Source: Oligoflexia bacterium
GTDB taxonomy: Bacteria; Bdellovibrionota; UBA1018
Assembly: GCA_903898645.1 (NCBI GenBank)
Contig: CAIUGE010000111.1
Span: 1 to 53,178 of the forward strand
DNA: 53,178 bases
Direction of reading: 5' to 3'
The notes under the pieces are model-generated. The model saw only the letters and a list, made by a program, of their open reading frames with translations, did no database searches and had not been told where the DNA came from. Below, in pieces: positions 1 to 8,356 of this stretch. Position 1 is the first letter of the stretch, and every line of letters starts with the position of its first letter. Both the position numbers and the translations under genes were made by a program.

Positions 1-126
1 AACTGCTGCACCTTGAAGTGGTTTGAACCCTGCGCCTGTACGCCGAGTCCGAGGGGCCCACCCTCATCTTTCCCATAGCTTGTCCACATCGTTAGTTGCT
101 CATTTCTAGCTCCTTCTTATGTGAGA

Positions 127-600
127 CTACGGCACACAAAAATCCACAGCACCTGGACCCTGCGCATCCAGCACTGTACAGCCAGACTCTTGTAAGATCT
201 GCACAATATGCTCAAGGGCAATAGCCATTGCCAGCTGCCGCATCGGCATACCCTTATAACCTTCAATAGGTTTTCTGCTCTCATGCGTGAAGACAATTGC
301 TATCTCTCGATCATGATCAATGACGTCAATAAATTCACCAGAAAAAACGATAACACCAAGCGCCTGATGGACATATGGCTCGATAACACAATTAAGCTCT
401 TCACTCCACTGCTGCCGGTACTGCTCACCATACCGCTTCAATAATACCTCAGGAGGACGCGTCTCCAAGTTCTGTATGCGCAAAGCCTGAGCCAACGCCA
501 TCGCAGTTCTTTTATCTATATCCACGAGATCCTGCTTCGTGAGAACAAAAGTAAGCTTTGACTGCGTTGTCGAACACTTTTCAATTTTTGTGACGTGCAT
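127..600 (-). CDS. Divergent, truncated trigger-factor-like protein (N-domain plus linker only)
   Basis: MHVTKIEKCSTTQSKLTFVL...PPEVLLKRYGEQYRQQ...IEGYKG follows the trigger factor N-domain pattern, but the GFRxGxxP loop is degenerate. Aligns by eye with ORF 1669-2640. ATG at 600 preferred over TTG at 621. Confidence 0.55.
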   Translation of the reverse strand: MHVTKIEKCSTTQSKLTFVLTKQDLVDIDKRTAMALAQALRIQNLETRPPEVLLKRYGEQYRQQWSEELNCVIEPYVHQALGVIVFSGEFIDVIDHDREIAIVFTHESRKPIEGYKGMPMRQLAMAIALEHIVQILQESGCTVLDAQGPGAVDFCVP

Positions 601-624
601 AGAAAGTTCATATCTCAACAAGCC

Positions 625-665
625 TTGACTTGCGATAAAATTTCACCTACTCTCCCTCCAGGGGG
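625..665 (+). promoter_or_regulatory. Sigma70-type promoter and RBS of fibre gene 1
   Basis: TTGACT (625-630), 17 nt, TACTCT (648-653), then AGGGGG (660-665) 5 nt before ATG 671. Near-identical element at 3641-3681. Confidence 0.7.
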
Positions 666-670
666 AAAAA

Positions 671-1654
671 ATGATAAATAGATTTTTTCGTATCTCAGTA
701 CCATGCGCCCTCTCCATAACTCTTCTGGGAATACAGTCAGCCTTCTCCATCACTCTCCCCTTTACCTTTTCAGCAGGCGGGGCCATCTCTGCATCTCAAA
801 TAAATCTTAACTTCCAGACACTTGCAACCACGAGCTGGTCTTTGGACGGATCAAATGTTTTCTTCAATTCTGGTTTTGTTGGCGCAGGCACCACAAACCC
901 CTCCTCAACACTCCAAACAGGAGGGTCATTCGGTGTTGCTACAAAAACTGTAACAAGCGCTTATACACTCACAAGCAGTGATCAAACGCTTTTTGTAAAT
1001 GCATCAGCGGGCGCTTTTACCGTCACTTTACCAGCTGTTGTTGCAGGCAGAATGTATACAATTAAAAAAATTGACATAAGCGCAAATACCGTAACAATTG
1101 CGACACCATCAGGCGTCACCATCGATTCTGCCTCGAGCGCATTGCTGAAATCTCCCTCAGCATACGTAAACATCTCATCAGATGGGACGAATTATTGGAT
1201 CACAGGATCAAATACCCTGATTGCAACTGGAATGACATTAAATACAAGCATCACTCTCACCTCGACAACATCCTGGTACACTATGTCCCACTCAGCAAAC
1301 GGCCTCAATGTCACCGCCACCCAATCCGGGAATTATCTCGTATGGTACTCAACTCGCGCTTATGCAGCTGACGGAGGAAACCAATCAATTTCATGGTCTT
1401 TTCAATTGTATGACACGACAAATGGAATAATCGATACCGCTTGGGGAAACAATGCAAATTACAATAGTGGATCACAAGCATCTGCAATGACCACAAATGG
1501 AGACAATAGAGTCACAAAATTATATCTTGGATACTTGACCGCTGGGCACGTCTATACTGTTTTGCAAGCCTTTCGTTCCTATGGCAGCTCAGTCACTACA
1601 TACGCATCAGACGGAAGTGGAGGCCCAAGCATCCATATGGTAAAAGTCTATTAA
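671..1654 (+). CDS. Secreted tail-fibre-like adhesin with probable C1q/BclA-like beta-sandwich head
   Basis: Sec signal peptide; PFTFSAGGAISASQINLNF N-motif; GFVGAGTTNP fibre repeat; fibre domain TVTSAYTLTSSD...FTVTLP...TIKKID...SDGTNYWI; Thr/Ser-rich beta-rich C-terminus. Confidence 0.7.
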   Translation: MINRFFRISVPCALSITLLGIQSAFSITLPFTFSAGGAISASQINLNFQTLATTSWSLDGSNVFFNSGFVGAGTTNPSSTLQTGGSFGVATKTVTSAYTLTSSDQTLFVNASAGAFTVTLPAVVAGRMYTIKKIDISANTVTIATPSGVTIDSASSALLKSPSAYVNISSDGTNYWITGSNTLIATGMTLNTSITLTSTTSWYTMSHSANGLNVTATQSGNYLVWYSTRAYAADGGNQSISWSFQLYDTTNGIIDTAWGNNANYNSGSQASAMTTNGDNRVTKLYLGYLTAGHVYTVLQAFRSYGSSVTTYASDGSGGPSIHMVKVY

Positions 1655-1668
1655 CATGTAGATCCTCG

Positions 1669-2640
1669 TCAATCATGACGTAAAAAACGCTCAAACTGCG
1701 CTTCACCTAATGCAGGATCGTCAGCCGTCATGACGGCATGCTTTTTAATGAATGCAATATTGCGTTTCAGATTCTCCAGAGACCGCACTGCATACTCGGC
1801 TTGCGAACAATCATGTAATGGAAGCATGTCGATGCCTTCCTGTCGCGCAACCCTACGAAGGATAAAGTCAAGCTCAAACAACCTAAGGCTCTTCTTGTTT
1901 TCTTGAGAAGATAAGCCAAGAAAAATCTGCTTTTCATACTCATTATAGACGATAGAGTTCTGTGAAGAAATGCGCTCATAAATTTGCTGACAGTCATTTT
2001 CAAACCAAATAAATTCCTTGCACTCCTGCAAATAATCATCAAGAGAATCCATTATTTTGCAAGCCTCTTCACAAGATAATCTTTTACTATTTTGCATAAG
2101 AACTTTTGTCGCAATAACTGTCTCCGAAGCTTGATCAATAGGCACGCAACGCAATGTCTCTAAAAGCGCAAAAGCACCTAATTCGTAAGGAGCCGCATCT
2201 AGAAGCATGTACCCTTCAGTCGCCAAAACCTCATGAATATGCTGAAGATTATGCTTAAGCGCAATCTGCCGCAAACATATACCCCTATACCCAACAATGA
2301 GTGCGCGCGCATGATGAGTCACGATAAATACCATCTCGTGGGACCCATTCTGCTGAGGGCGCGAGGCTTTATCATCAAAACTATAACCAACCATATCCAG
2401 GTTAAATTCACGCTTCAGATAGTCCTCAGCCACCCCGTACATCTCAGTAGCCCAGGCTAGAGCAAATGCCTCCTTATTTTGATCTGCAAAAAGTCGCATC
2501 GAAAGGCCCTTTGCACAAGGCACTGTCTGAGCAACCTGCTCCAAAGCAGCATTACTTATAGCCTCGAGTTCGGCAGCATTAAAAACCACCACAAGCTTTG
2601 ATTCGGTTTGAGACTGTAGCTCAAGCTTAAATTGTGGCAT
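1669..2640 (-). CDS. Highly divergent trigger-factor-like protein
   Basis: N-terminus FKLELQSQTESKLVVVFNAAELE and IVGYRG linker; C-terminal LDFILRRVARQEGI resembles the trigger factor C-domain LxxIAxxExI; no GFRxG motif. Confidence 0.55.
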   Translation of the reverse strand: MPQFKLELQSQTESKLVVVFNAAELEAISNAALEQVAQTVPCAKGLSMRLFADQNKEAFALAWATEMYGVAEDYLKREFNLDMVGYSFDDKASRPQQNGSHEMVFIVTHHARALIVGYRGICLRQIALKHNLQHIHEVLATEGYMLLDAAPYELGAFALLETLRCVPIDQASETVIATKVLMQNSKRLSCEEACKIMDSLDDYLQECKEFIWFENDCQQIYERISSQNSIVYNEYEKQIFLGLSSQENKKSLRLFELDFILRRVARQEGIDMLPLHDCSQAEYAVRSLENLKRNIAFIKKHAVMTADDPALGEAQFERFLRHD

Positions 2641-2650
2641 AATGAAACCT

Positions 2651-3556
2651 TTAAGCTGAGGCAGCCTTTGCCAAGCCTATAACATGATCCACCACAACTG
2701 ATGCCCATTTATCCTCTGATACATTTATGCCTTCCTGTTTTCCTATTGCTGCCAATATATGTAGCAACTTTGAACTGTAAATATCGCGCTCTCGATGAGG
2801 AGATTGTTCATATTCCTTTATAACAGCAGGCGGCACCAGTACTGCATTTTTTTCCACGAGCCAATCCCCTACAGCATTCTGTAGGCGCACATGGTTTGCA
2901 TTGTCAATCGATTGGCTATACGCCTCTCGAATAATCCCAAGCATAGGGGAATCATACGCCATGACCGCACCAGAGAAGCTCGTCAACTTCCGAAAACTTG
3001 TTGCATCAGAACTCTCCCGAGGGCACCAAACAACGCCCTCTTCATTTTCAAAAAAAGCAACTGCATCTTGATCTGTAGCGTCCGCAAGCTCGACCGTAAT
3101 ACGGAAACCTTCCAAAGCTTTTGTGTACATCGCCATAGTTAATTTCTGCTTCTCTACAGAAATAGGCGCCCCTTTATACTCAACATGCGGCAAGGACGGC
3201 CAGTATTCAAGATCTAGCGTGATTTGTGTATCTGCATCATGCTTCAACTTGATAAGTTGCTCAATAGTGACAATAGTCACCTTACAAACAGCAAGACCCT
3301 TGGTATCTACAAAATTTTTCACTATCTCACTCAGTATGAGATCCACAAACTCCTGCATGACTTCATGGCCATGAAACCGCATAACATAGTCGTGAGGAAC
3401 ATGTCCCGGACGGAAGCCCTTGATAGGGTGCGTTGCAGGGTACCGCTTCAGAGTAAACAAAAAGAAGTACGAAACAATTTCTTTTGGCACTGTGACGTGC
3501 ACACGCGCCTCTACAGGTGACTTTTCCTCGATCTCAAAAGTATACATGCCCGCCAT
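2651..3556 (-). CDS. Trigger factor family protein, minimised (301 aa)
   Basis: Ribosome-binding signature IKGFRPGHVP; EYWPSLPHVEYKG; C-domain motifs LVEKNAVLVPPAVI and LLHILAAIGKQEGINVSED; FKBP domain appears collapsed. Confidence 0.8.
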   Translation of the reverse strand: MAGMYTFEIEEKSPVEARVHVTVPKEIVSYFFLFTLKRYPATHPIKGFRPGHVPHDYVMRFHGHEVMQEFVDLILSEIVKNFVDTKGLAVCKVTIVTIEQLIKLKHDADTQITLDLEYWPSLPHVEYKGAPISVEKQKLTMAMYTKALEGFRITVELADATDQDAVAFFENEEGVVWCPRESSDATSFRKLTSFSGAVMAYDSPMLGIIREAYSQSIDNANHVRLQNAVGDWLVEKNAVLVPPAVIKEYEQSPHRERDIYSSKLLHILAAIGKQEGINVSEDKWASVVVDHVIGLAKAASA

Positions 3557-3640
3557 ACTCGCTTAGATACCCCCCCTTGTCAAGAAGGCACTACTTGGCC
3601 GAAAAGCACTCCTCAGGCACGCCACTGAAAGCTACAGACC

Positions 3641-3681
3641 TTGACTCTCTATCAAACCTCGCCTACTCTCCTCCCAGGGGG
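3641..3681 (+). promoter_or_regulatory. Sigma70-type promoter and RBS of fibre gene 2
   Basis: TTGACT (3641-3646), 17 nt, TACTCT (3664-3669), then AGGGGG before ATG 3689. Paralogous to 625-665. Confidence 0.7.
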
Positions 3682-3688
3682 CAGAAAA

Positions 3689-4351
3689 ATGATCACCAGG
3701 AAAGCACCACCGAGCCTCTGGCTAGCTTTTTTCCTACAGTCAGCACTCGCCGTTCCCTACACGTTCACGGCAGGGAACCCCATTAGCGCCAGCCAGATGA
3801 ATGCAAATTTCTCCTACACTCAGCAATGGACGCTCAATACCCCCACTTCTATTTCCTACTCAGGCACAGTAGGCATTGGTTCAACAGCTCCCGCCTATGC
3901 ACTGGATGTTGCAGGACACGTGCGCCATACCCCCGTTGCATTTTATGCGTACAGCAATACCCTCACGATATCAGCAGGCACTTCGACAACCAATGCATAC
4001 ACAATCACTGCATACAGCTATCCAACAGCAAGTTTTAGTAATGGTACCTTTACCGCGCCTGTTGCAGGAATTTACCATTTCTCAGCATGAGGTTACTCGA
4101 ATGTCGTCTCAAGTGTCGGGGGAGCAACAAACACTATTGGAATATTAGAGTTCTTCCCGAACTGGCCAGGAGGAACCCCAACCGCAGGATATGCAAACGG
4201 CTATTTCTGTGTCGACTCAACAACGTCTTTGCCTGCAAACGCATTAGTTCACCTAACCGCATCTTGCTACGCAACATCCCCAGCAGGGACTGCAGGAATG
4301 CAATCAGACACCAATGGGCACTTTTCAGGCGCTCTACTCATGCCACTATGA
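3689..4351 (+). pseudogene. Secreted fibre/C1q-domain adhesin interrupted by one in-frame TGA at 4088-4090 (pseudogene or readthrough)
   Basis: Signal peptide, VPYTFTAGNPISASQMNANF, GTVGIGSTAP, C1q start PVAFYAY...FSNGTFTAPVAGIYHFSA*. The same frame stays open for 86 more codons, ending in the C1q-type terminus GHFSGALLMPL*. Confidence 0.75.
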
Positions 4352-5133
4352 ATCCCAAACTCTTCTGGATACCAGACCCGCTCAAGCCAAAGCCCCCGCG
4401 CAGGCGCCGTTGGCCCCAAGAGATCTCTGGACTTACTCAGGAGGATCTGCTGCATGGCAAGAGGCGGCCGTTTTCCCTCACCGATGTCGAGCAGAGACCC
4501 CACAATAGCCCGCACCATTTGTTTCAGAAAACCAGTACCTAGAATCCTTATTCTCATCAAAGAGCCTTCAGCGTAAGCTGGAAAGGGGATGGGCGTTTCT
4601 GTAACAGTTGCCTCAAGAATGCACCTCACGGTAGACTTTCCGGGAGCGCCTCCACGAGCCGCGAAGGCCTTAAAATCATGCTCTCCAATAAGAAAATTGA
4701 GAGCTCCTTGCATAGCATCACAATCAAGTTTTTTAGCAATCCATCTGGTTGAGGGTACGAGGTGCGCAACCGGAGCTGGCCCTTGCTGAAAATAATAACT
4801 ATACTGTTTTGTGAGTGCTGAGCGCTGCGCATGGAATGCCATATCGACCTCAATCACACGGATAATACGAATACTCCATGGTAAAAGCGTATTGCATGCA
4901 CGCAGCAACTGTCCGGCATCCCATCTCTTTGGCATAATGATGTGTGCAACTTGGCCGACTGCATGGACACCACGGTCAGTCCGACCACTCCCTACAACAC
5001 TCGAGGTACAGCCGAGATGCCTCAAGACTCCTTCCAAAACACCTTGAATTGAAAGTCCCTCCCCAAGCTGTTTCTGCCAGCCGAGATAGTCCGTACCAAT
5101 GTAAGATACAACGAGAGCGTACTTAGTACTCAA
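4267..5133 (-). CDS. truA: tRNA pseudouridine(38-40) synthase TruA
   Basis: SYIGTDYLGWQKQ, GSGRTDRGVHAVGQ, GEHDFKAF, GFLKQMVR, TAPARGLWL. Probable TTG start at 5133. Confidence 0.95.
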   Translation of the reverse strand: MSTKYALVVSYIGTDYLGWQKQLGEGLSIQGVLEGVLRHLGCTSSVVGSGRTDRGVHAVGQVAHIIMPKRWDAGQLLRACNTLLPWSIRIIRVIEVDMAFHAQRSALTKQYSYYFQQGPAPVAHLVPSTRWIAKKLDCDAMQGALNFLIGEHDFKAFAARGGAPGKSTVRCILEATVTETPIPFPAYAEGSLMRIRILGTGFLKQMVRAIVGSLLDIGEGKRPPLAMQQILLSKSRDLLGPTAPARGLWLERVWYPEEFGIHSGMSRAPEKCPLVSDCIPAVPAGDVA

Positions 5134-6037
5134 ATAAAAATCCAATACTAATGGCGTCGACAGCAAAGGTAACCCCTTGACTTGATGGCCTTGCCATCAT
5201 GCGTACTGCATCGATCGTGAGGTAACTATGAATAATGCCGTTATTCTCAAAAAAACCCCAGGCATCTGTTGGACTGAATACATCAAGAAGGATCGCCGTA
5301 CCTGCTCCAAAAATCACACCCTGCGAAATACCGCAGAAACCAGAAATAAACGAGAGCGACTGAGAACACTTTCTTGTCACATTATCATTCCGACCCTCAA
5401 AATATGGCAAAGCAATGGGTCCGGCCAATACATAGGGCCGCAGATAATGTAACCAATTCCACCTGACAACAAGAGCTGCGATCACAGGAAATGAGAGGAA
5501 TTGAAACTTGGTCTGTGTGACCGAAGAAAACGTACCCCCATCTGGTCTTGGTAACTGCGCACTCAACATACCAACGCCTCGAAAAGAGGTCATGCCAACT
5601 GATGATATAATACCAATGGCACCAAAACTCCCTGAAAATGGCTGGAACTCATAAAAAAACGATACATCTGGCGCATACCCTGAGCCATATACATCTGAAA
5701 AAGAACGCGATTGATCTAACTCACTGATATGACGATTGGCGTAGCCTGCAGCCTTAAAACCCATCGCCTGCCAAATATGCCGCTCTGGCACCTTCTTTGT
5801 TTGCTGTTCTTTTATACCAAGAGGGGCAACTGGAGCAATTGACAACTTTGCCCTTTCTTCTTCTAAAAAATGAGACTCAGGTGGTTTTGGAAGCGTCAGA
5901 ACACTTTGATGTGATACCGCTGGCAGTTTTTTTTTCTCCTGCTCCAGATAGCCGCTTTGATAAGGCACTAACTGTTCTTTCTGCCTGATGGCATCCAGGG
6001 TAGGCGTTGCACTTGCAAGCAGCACAGACAGCATCAT
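5123..6037 (-). CDS. Outer-membrane beta-barrel protein
   Basis: Short signal peptide, alternating aromatic beta-strands (YLRPYVLAG), C-terminal beta-signal ISIGFLFEY; ATGA coupling to the upstream gene. Confidence 0.7.
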   Translation of the reverse strand: MMLSVLLASATPTLDAIRQKEQLVPYQSGYLEQEKKKLPAVSHQSVLTLPKPPESHFLEEERAKLSIAPVAPLGIKEQQTKKVPERHIWQAMGFKAAGYANRHISELDQSRSFSDVYGSGYAPDVSFFYEFQPFSGSFGAIGIISSVGMTSFRGVGMLSAQLPRPDGGTFSSVTQTKFQFLSFPVIAALVVRWNWLHYLRPYVLAGPIALPYFEGRNDNVTRKCSQSLSFISGFCGISQGVIFGAGTAILLDVFSPTDAWGFFENNGIIHSYLTIDAVRMMARPSSQGVTFAVDAISIGFLFEY

Positions 6038-7407
6038 AAGGTCACCTGAAGACATGTCACAAGACCTGCAATGAGCATGGCTAGCAGGACAAATGGCAGC
6101 AGCATGATCTGGACAAGTACTTTTACCCAGGCAGGCTGCAGCATCAACCAGTGAGCGAGAGGAGGAGAGAGTGATTCATACTGCCTCACCAAGAATCTGC
6201 CAACAATATGGGATTCTAGATACTCATCCCGAAATTGACGAAGCATTCTCACCGCCAGGTGGTCTCCATCATCAAAAGCAGCAGTCGCGACAAAACAGTG
6301 ACTTTTCGTCATGAAACCTAAAATCTCACTTGCATAAATTGGTGAAATCGTACAACTGACAATGGGGGTATACATACCTGCCAAGTCCTGACCAATAAAT
6401 GCTGCATTATACGCAATCAAATCTTGATTAGTAGAATTGGCAATTGGTCCAATAGCATTCGAGGTCTCGCTAAAGCTTGCGGTGATATGAAGCATATTTT
6501 CTGATTGAAAACTTGAGTTTAAAACAGGAGCATTCGCTCCAGGATTGACAAGCACATAAAACTTTGCAGGCCCTGCAGCTGATCCCGTAGTCATAGCGAA
6601 AGCATGCCCATCCAAGAAAAACTGCCCGTCTCCAGGCATATAGGCTTGTGCCACATTCGCAGGACAAGACATGGTCGCAGTATCTACTTGAAATATCAAA
6701 TTCAAAGGGTTAGGCGTCGTATCTATGAATGTTGTACTCGGTACAGTTGTTGCCTGACTATCGGGTGTTGTGCCGAATTTAAAAAAAAGCTGCATCTTTG
6801 CGGTTGACCCACTGACTGGATATGATGGCACGGGCCCCGTACAACCAGAGCCAGAGGCTGTTGTATTCCCTCCTTGGTAATCATAGCAAAGATCACTTGG
6901 GTAGAGCCCAATTTGAATCGTTTGATTACCACTCATTTTTGCTGCATAGTAGCGGCTTGGCGTCAGACTGATGCTCCTATTCTGGCATGTCGAGCCATTA
7001 CAGGGCGCACCATTGACTGTTGCAATAGAAACAGGCACTGGAGATGCGCCATTTTCACCAATAAGCTGCACAACAAGAACGCTGTTTGTCGCGCCTGTGG
7101 TAACAACGGAATAATCTGTCGACACCCTGAACTGTAAAGCATTACTCCCTGTATCAGTTGCAGCTGTTTTCGAAATATCTAAAGGAGCATCCATCAGAAA
7201 TGCGGGAGGCGAAGGCGTTGGCGCAACGACACCCCCATTCGCATAAGTAACAAAATAATAAAATGGAACAGCCTCAACCATCATATTGACACTGGCACCA
7301 GTTCCAGTACCCAAGGTCCCACCATTGAGTGGCCGGACTGAAACAATCGCTACAGCATCATGAAGGAGCAATCCCCCGGCAAACCATCTCAGCAATATGT
7401 AGTGCAT
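6034..7407 (-). CDS. CFI-box-CTERM domain surface protein
   Basis: C-terminal CFVATAAF...LRQFRDEYL...GRFLVRQY..LSPPLA followed by a TM helix; Thr/Ser/Cys-rich extracellular body; N-terminal signal peptide. Confidence 0.8.
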   Translation of the reverse strand: MHYILLRWFAGGLLLHDAVAIVSVRPLNGGTLGTGTGASVNMMVEAVPFYYFVTYANGGVVAPTPSPPAFLMDAPLDISKTAATDTGSNALQFRVSTDYSVVTTGATNSVLVVQLIGENGASPVPVSIATVNGAPCNGSTCQNRSISLTPSRYYAAKMSGNQTIQIGLYPSDLCYDYQGGNTTASGSGCTGPVPSYPVSGSTAKMQLFFKFGTTPDSQATTVPSTTFIDTTPNPLNLIFQVDTATMSCPANVAQAYMPGDGQFFLDGHAFAMTTGSAAGPAKFYVLVNPGANAPVLNSSFQSENMLHITASFSETSNAIGPIANSTNQDLIAYNAAFIGQDLAGMYTPIVSCTISPIYASEILGFMTKSHCFVATAAFDDGDHLAVRMLRQFRDEYLESHIVGRFLVRQYESLSPPLAHWLMLQPAWVKVLVQIMLLPFVLLAMLIAGLVTCLQVTL

Positions 7408-8356
7408 TCAGCGCAGCCCCCCTCCTGAGATTATCAGATACTACCCATGCTGCGAGTCCAAATGGTACCGATCTGTCACGACGCAACCTGCCAACGTGGA
7501 CATCATCCCCTCCCGTTGCAGCATACTGGCCTCGCGAACACGCGTACGTCGCATGCAGCTGAATACCTGGTGCATCAGCAAGTGTAGTATGCACTTGCTC
7601 CATCGTAAAATCATGCGAATATTCTAAGAAGACACTTTGTGCATGACAATGGAGTGTTGGGACACGCACAGCCGTTGCAACAAGCCCGAGGTCCTCATGG
7701 CCCAAAATTTTTCGCGTCTCCATCATAACCTTTGTTTCTTCACTCGTCCAACCCTCTGCATCAAAACTTCCTATCTGGGGAATGCAATTAAAAGCAATGG
7801 GTTCTGGAAAAAAAGAACGGCACTCAGGTTTGCTCTCTAAGAAATCTACAGTCCCTGCACGGAGTTCGTCCATAGCAAGGAGACCTGCACCACTCGTACT
7901 TTGATAGCTCGCAACCACAACACGCTTAAGGGGAGCCACCTTGGCGCAAGCCGCAAGAAAAACAACCAGCTGGACTGTGGTACAATTTGGACCCGCTAGA
8001 ATGCGACTATTATTCCACATAGCTGCATTCACATCAGGCACAATCAGCGGCACCTGAGGATCAAGCCTGTAGACCGATGAGTTATCGATCACCCATGCAC
8101 CGCTTCTGACGGCAAACGGCACAAACTCTTTTGAGACTGCATCAGATGCGTCAAAAAAAACAAAATCACAGCCATCAAATGCATGCTCATGCAGAGCTTG
8201 CACGTCAATAACTCGACCTGCAAAAGGCACTTTCCTACCGATAGACCTAGGGGATGCAAAGCAGCGTAACATCGCAACGGGAAATGCCCGTGATTCTAAA
8301 AGCCCGAGCAATTCACGCCCAACAGCGCCTGTTGCTCCTACTACTGCACAATTCAT
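7358..8356 (-). CDS. asd: Aspartate-semialdehyde dehydrogenase
   Basis: VVGATGAVG, IDNSS, PNCTT, YQSTSGAG, VRVP, SDNLRRGAALNA; start MNCAVV at 8356. Confidence 0.95.
   Translation of the reverse strand: MNCAVVGATGAVGRELLGLLESRAFPVAMLRCFASPRSIGRKVPFAGRVIDVQALHEHAFDGCDFVFFDASDAVSKEFVPFAVRSGAWVIDNSSVYRLDPQVPLIVPDVNAAMWNNSRILAGPNCTTVQLVVFLAACAKVAPLKRVVVASYQSTSGAGLLAMDELRAGTVDFLESKPECRSFFPEPIAFNCIPQIGSFDAEGWTSEETKVMMETRKILGHEDLGLVATAVRVPTLHCHAQSVFLEYSHDFTMEQVHTTLADAPGIQLHATYACSRGQYAATGGDDVHVGRLRRDRSVPFGLAAWVVSDNLRRGAALNALHIAEMVCRGIAPS

Noticed and set aside
1-115. Strong AAGGAG RBS on the - strand followed by ATG-AGC-AAC-TAA, plus short open frames running off the window edge
   Set aside because: Too little sequence to tell a mini-ORF, a broken gene start or chance apart.
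2651-3556. Assigning the symbol tig
   Set aside because: Much shorter than canonical trigger factor, FKBP domain not recognisable and no clpP/clpX context, so orthology is uncertain.
3560-3590. TTGACA upstream of TF-like3 on the - strand next to a G7 tract (possible phase-variable promoter spacer)
   Set aside because: No acceptable -10 hexamer at 16-18 nt spacing, and a 7-nt homopolymer is weak evidence for slippage.
4088-4090. Genome-wide TGA reassignment (genetic code 4 or 25)
   Set aside because: TGA terminates many conserved genes at their expected ends (asd, rseP, uppS, rpsB, parA).
671-4351. Prophage tail module or diversity-generating retroelement target
   Set aside because: The fibres carry Sec signal peptides, and no phage structural genes, integrase, reverse transcriptase or template/variable repeat pair is visible.
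4087-4542. 151-aa + strand ORF overlapping the fibre2 stop (ATGA)
   Set aside because: Arg-rich non-protein-like sequence, largely antisense to truA. The real C1q continuation is in the fibre2 frame.
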